Origin: a virus
IMG/VR virus record: IMGVR_UViG_3300031420_000498
DNA length: 26,960 bases
Strand: one strand, 5' to 3'
The notes below the pieces were generated by a model. That model did no database searches. It was not told the origin of the DNA and was given only the letters and a program-made list of their open reading frames with translations. This document shows, one piece after another, positions 25,301 to 26,960 of this stretch (position 1 is the first letter of the stretch; every line of letters begins with the position of its first letter). Both the position numbers and the translations under genes were made by a program.

Positions 25301-25329
25301 TTGCACGGCTGGGCTTCCCGTGTGATGAT
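25301..25329 (+). promoter_or_regulatory. Promoter with AC-rich leader, similar to 19008
   Basis: TTGCAC-N17-GATGAT (extended TG) then ggccccgcaccacac. Confidence 0.45.
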
Positions 25330-25382
25330 GGCCCCGCACCACACACCACCACCCTCGATCTTCTCTCCAAAAGGAGTTCCCC

Positions 25383-25685
25383 ATGGACATCAGCAACCTC
25401 TACGCCGAGATCGCCGCCGACGGAACCACGGACGCAGCCACAACTGCCCAGCAGGGCACAGGGCTGCTCTGGATGCCCATCGCGCTCGCCGAGGTCAAGG
25501 AGGGCATGACCCTGCGCCTCGAGGGCGAGCGCTACACGGGTGCCACCGTCGTGAGCACCGTGCGGATGGAGATCTTCAGTGAGACCGACGAGGCCCTCGT
25601 GGTGGACGCCATCTACCCCAGCGCTCGAGTCCGCGATGTCTTCAGCAACTTCCGTGAGGTGAGCTACCTGCGCCTCGCTCACTGA
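25383..25685 (+). CDS. Small acidic hypothetical protein
   Basis: AAAGGAG RBS. Confidence 0.8.
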   Translation: MDISNLYAEIAADGTTDAATTAQQGTGLLWMPIALAEVKEGMTLRLEGERYTGATVVSTVRMEIFSETDEALVVDAIYPSARVRDVFSNFREVSYLRLAH

Positions 25686-25713
25686 GCTAAGCCCGCAGCA
25701 TCCACTCTCGGCA

Positions 25714-25751
25714 CAATGACCCCAGGGACAGATTAGTCTCTGGGGTCATTG
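25714..25751 (+). terminator. Stem-loop, probable terminator
   Basis: caatgaccccagggac / gtctctggggtcattg, 16 bp with one G-U. Confidence 0.6.
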
Positions 25752-25776
25752 CACCGTTAGGTAGAGGAGTAGCACC

Positions 25777-25995
25777 GTGGGTAGACGCCGTGGGAGCATG
25801 GACATCGACATCAGCGGTGGAGCCCTGGAGGCTCTAGAGGAGCTCAGTCGCCGTTCCGGTCGACCCATCACCGAGGAGCTTCGGTTCGCCATCTCGGATC
25901 GGAAGTTCTTCTCAGGGAAGGTCGAGGAGGGCTACGCCATCAAGCTCATCGACCCTCAAGATCCCCACCAGGTGACCGTGGTCAACTACAGCTGA
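25777..25995 (+). CDS. Ribbon-helix-helix (CopG-like) protein
   Basis: MDIDIS...LEELSRRSGRPITEELRFAI strand-helix-helix pattern; GAGGAG RBS. Confidence 0.6.
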   Translation: MGRRRGSMDIDISGGALEALEELSRRSGRPITEELRFAISDRKFFSGKVEEGYAIKLIDPQDPHQVTVVNYS

Positions 25996-26061
25996 TCGCA
26001 GCCTGTCCCCTCTGTCAGTTCGAGCTAGCGCAAGCGCCTTCGGGGCGAGTAGGAATAGACC

Positions 26062-26960
26062 GTGAATACATCCCCTGGAAGTTCTCTGAGATTTCCGCAA
26101 TCCCTCAGGGAAGCCTGGCCTGCGCTGACCGGCCTATCGGCCGTCTTCCTCTTCGAGATGCTCGACAACTCAGTGCTCAATGTGGCGCTCCCCACCATCG
26201 GCCGGGAGCTCCAGGCTTCCACAACAGGGCTACAGTGGGTCACAGGAGCCTATTCCGTCGCCTTCGGTGCCCTGATGCTCCTCTTCGGTGCGGTGGCAGA
26301 TCGCTTCGGCCGGCGGCGAGTGATGCTCGTCGGGCTGGTTCTCTTAGCCTTCGCTAGCCTCGCAACGCTGCTGGTCGGGACTACTGAAGAGCTCATCCTC
26401 GTTCGGATCCTCATGGGTGTGGCGGCCGCCATGACCACTCCCGGCTCCATGGCCCTGGCCTTCCGGCTCTTCGACATCGATGATCTTCGAGTTCGAGCAA
26501 TCACTGTGATCTCAACAGCGGGTCTGGTAGGTCTCGCAATCGGCCCTGTGGTAGGAGGCTTCGTGCTTCAGATCGCGCCCTGGCAGACCCTGCTCCTCAT
26601 CAATGTCCCCATCGCAGCCGTGGCTTTCTTCGCTATCCGCTCGGGGATCGCCGAGGATGATCCAGCCCACCATAGGCAAGATCCGATCGATGTGCTCGGA
26701 GCGATTCTCGGGGCTGCTGCTATTGCCCTCAGTCTCGCAACACCAACTGCCTTCGTGGATGTGGGTTCCAGTTCCTGGATCCCCTGGACAACGGGAGCTG
26801 CGGCGTTGGTAGCGGTATTAGCCTTTGCCCTCCGGGAGCGTTCAGCTCCCCACCCGCTCCTTGAGCTGTCCCTGGTGGCTCGACCCCTGGTGGCTAGCGG
26901 CCTCGCCTTCAAGGCAGCCTCAGGGCTGGCAGTTGCCGGATTGAGCTACCTCGTTACGCT
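26062..26960 (+). CDS. MFS efflux transporter, DHA2 (EmrB/QacA) type, 3'-truncated (not in ORF track)
   Basis: GTG 26062; EMLDNSVLNVALPTI (motif D1), GAVADRFGRRR (motif A), GLAIGPVVGG (motif C), LINVPI, IDVLG. Confidence 0.92.
   Translation, partial: MNTSPGSSLRFPQSLREAWPALTGLSAVFLFEMLDNSVLNVALPTIGRELQASTTGLQWVTGAYSVAFGALMLLFGAVADRFGRRRVMLVGLVLLAFASLATLLVGTTEELILVRILMGVAAAMTTPGSMALAFRLFDIDDLRVRAITVISTAGLVGLAIGPVVGGFVLQIAPWQTLLLINVPIAAVAFFAIRSGIAEDDPAHHRQDPIDVLGAILGAAAIALSLATPTAFVDVGSSSWIPWTTGAAALVAVLAFALRERSAPHPLLELSLVARPLVASGLAFKAASGLAVAGLSYLVT

Noticed and set aside
26025-26912. Short ORFs in the track over the final 900 nt
   Set aside because: Shadows of the MFS gene, which the track missed because it has no stop in the window
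1-26960. CRISPR array, tRNA/rRNA, transposase, integrase, virion structural genes
   Set aside because: No repeat-spacer pattern, cloverleaf or diagnostic motifs seen, so phage versus plasmid cannot be decided from this window

Overview
A GC-rich, gene-dense window, almost all on the + strand, made of short, often translationally coupled genes with no core housekeeping operon. It reads as part of a large actinobacterial mobile element (jumbo phage or megaplasmid); this is inferred from gene style, sigmaA-type and leaderless promoters and the protein families. Recognisable products: a protein ending in a DnaG-type CHC2 zinc finger, a GNAT with an N-terminal Cys/His tag, a MazG-like plus class-II aaRS-core pair, a CpaF/VirB11-like P-loop protein, a PNK-type kinase, a 2H phosphoesterase, endonuclease IV, an RNA-repair-type HAD, a degenerate FtsK-like ATPase, a pilin-like protein, a lipoprotein, an RHH protein, a 3'-truncated DHA2 MFS transporter, and three tandem paralog families. 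Most notable signals: (1) two long multi-stem leaders closed by the same CCYGCGC/GCGCRGG stem, each in front of a gene with a shared 'LKxxIRE...S(H/Y)xxA' N-terminal helix; (2) hairpins that bury the RBS or start codon, including a perfect 19-bp one; (3) no ACGT found in a manual scan, alongside a large GAGCTC excess; (4) a 43-aa HigA2-N-terminus-like peptide lacking the HTH; (5) an orphan structured ncRNA candidate. All family calls come from motif recognition by eye; no searches were run.
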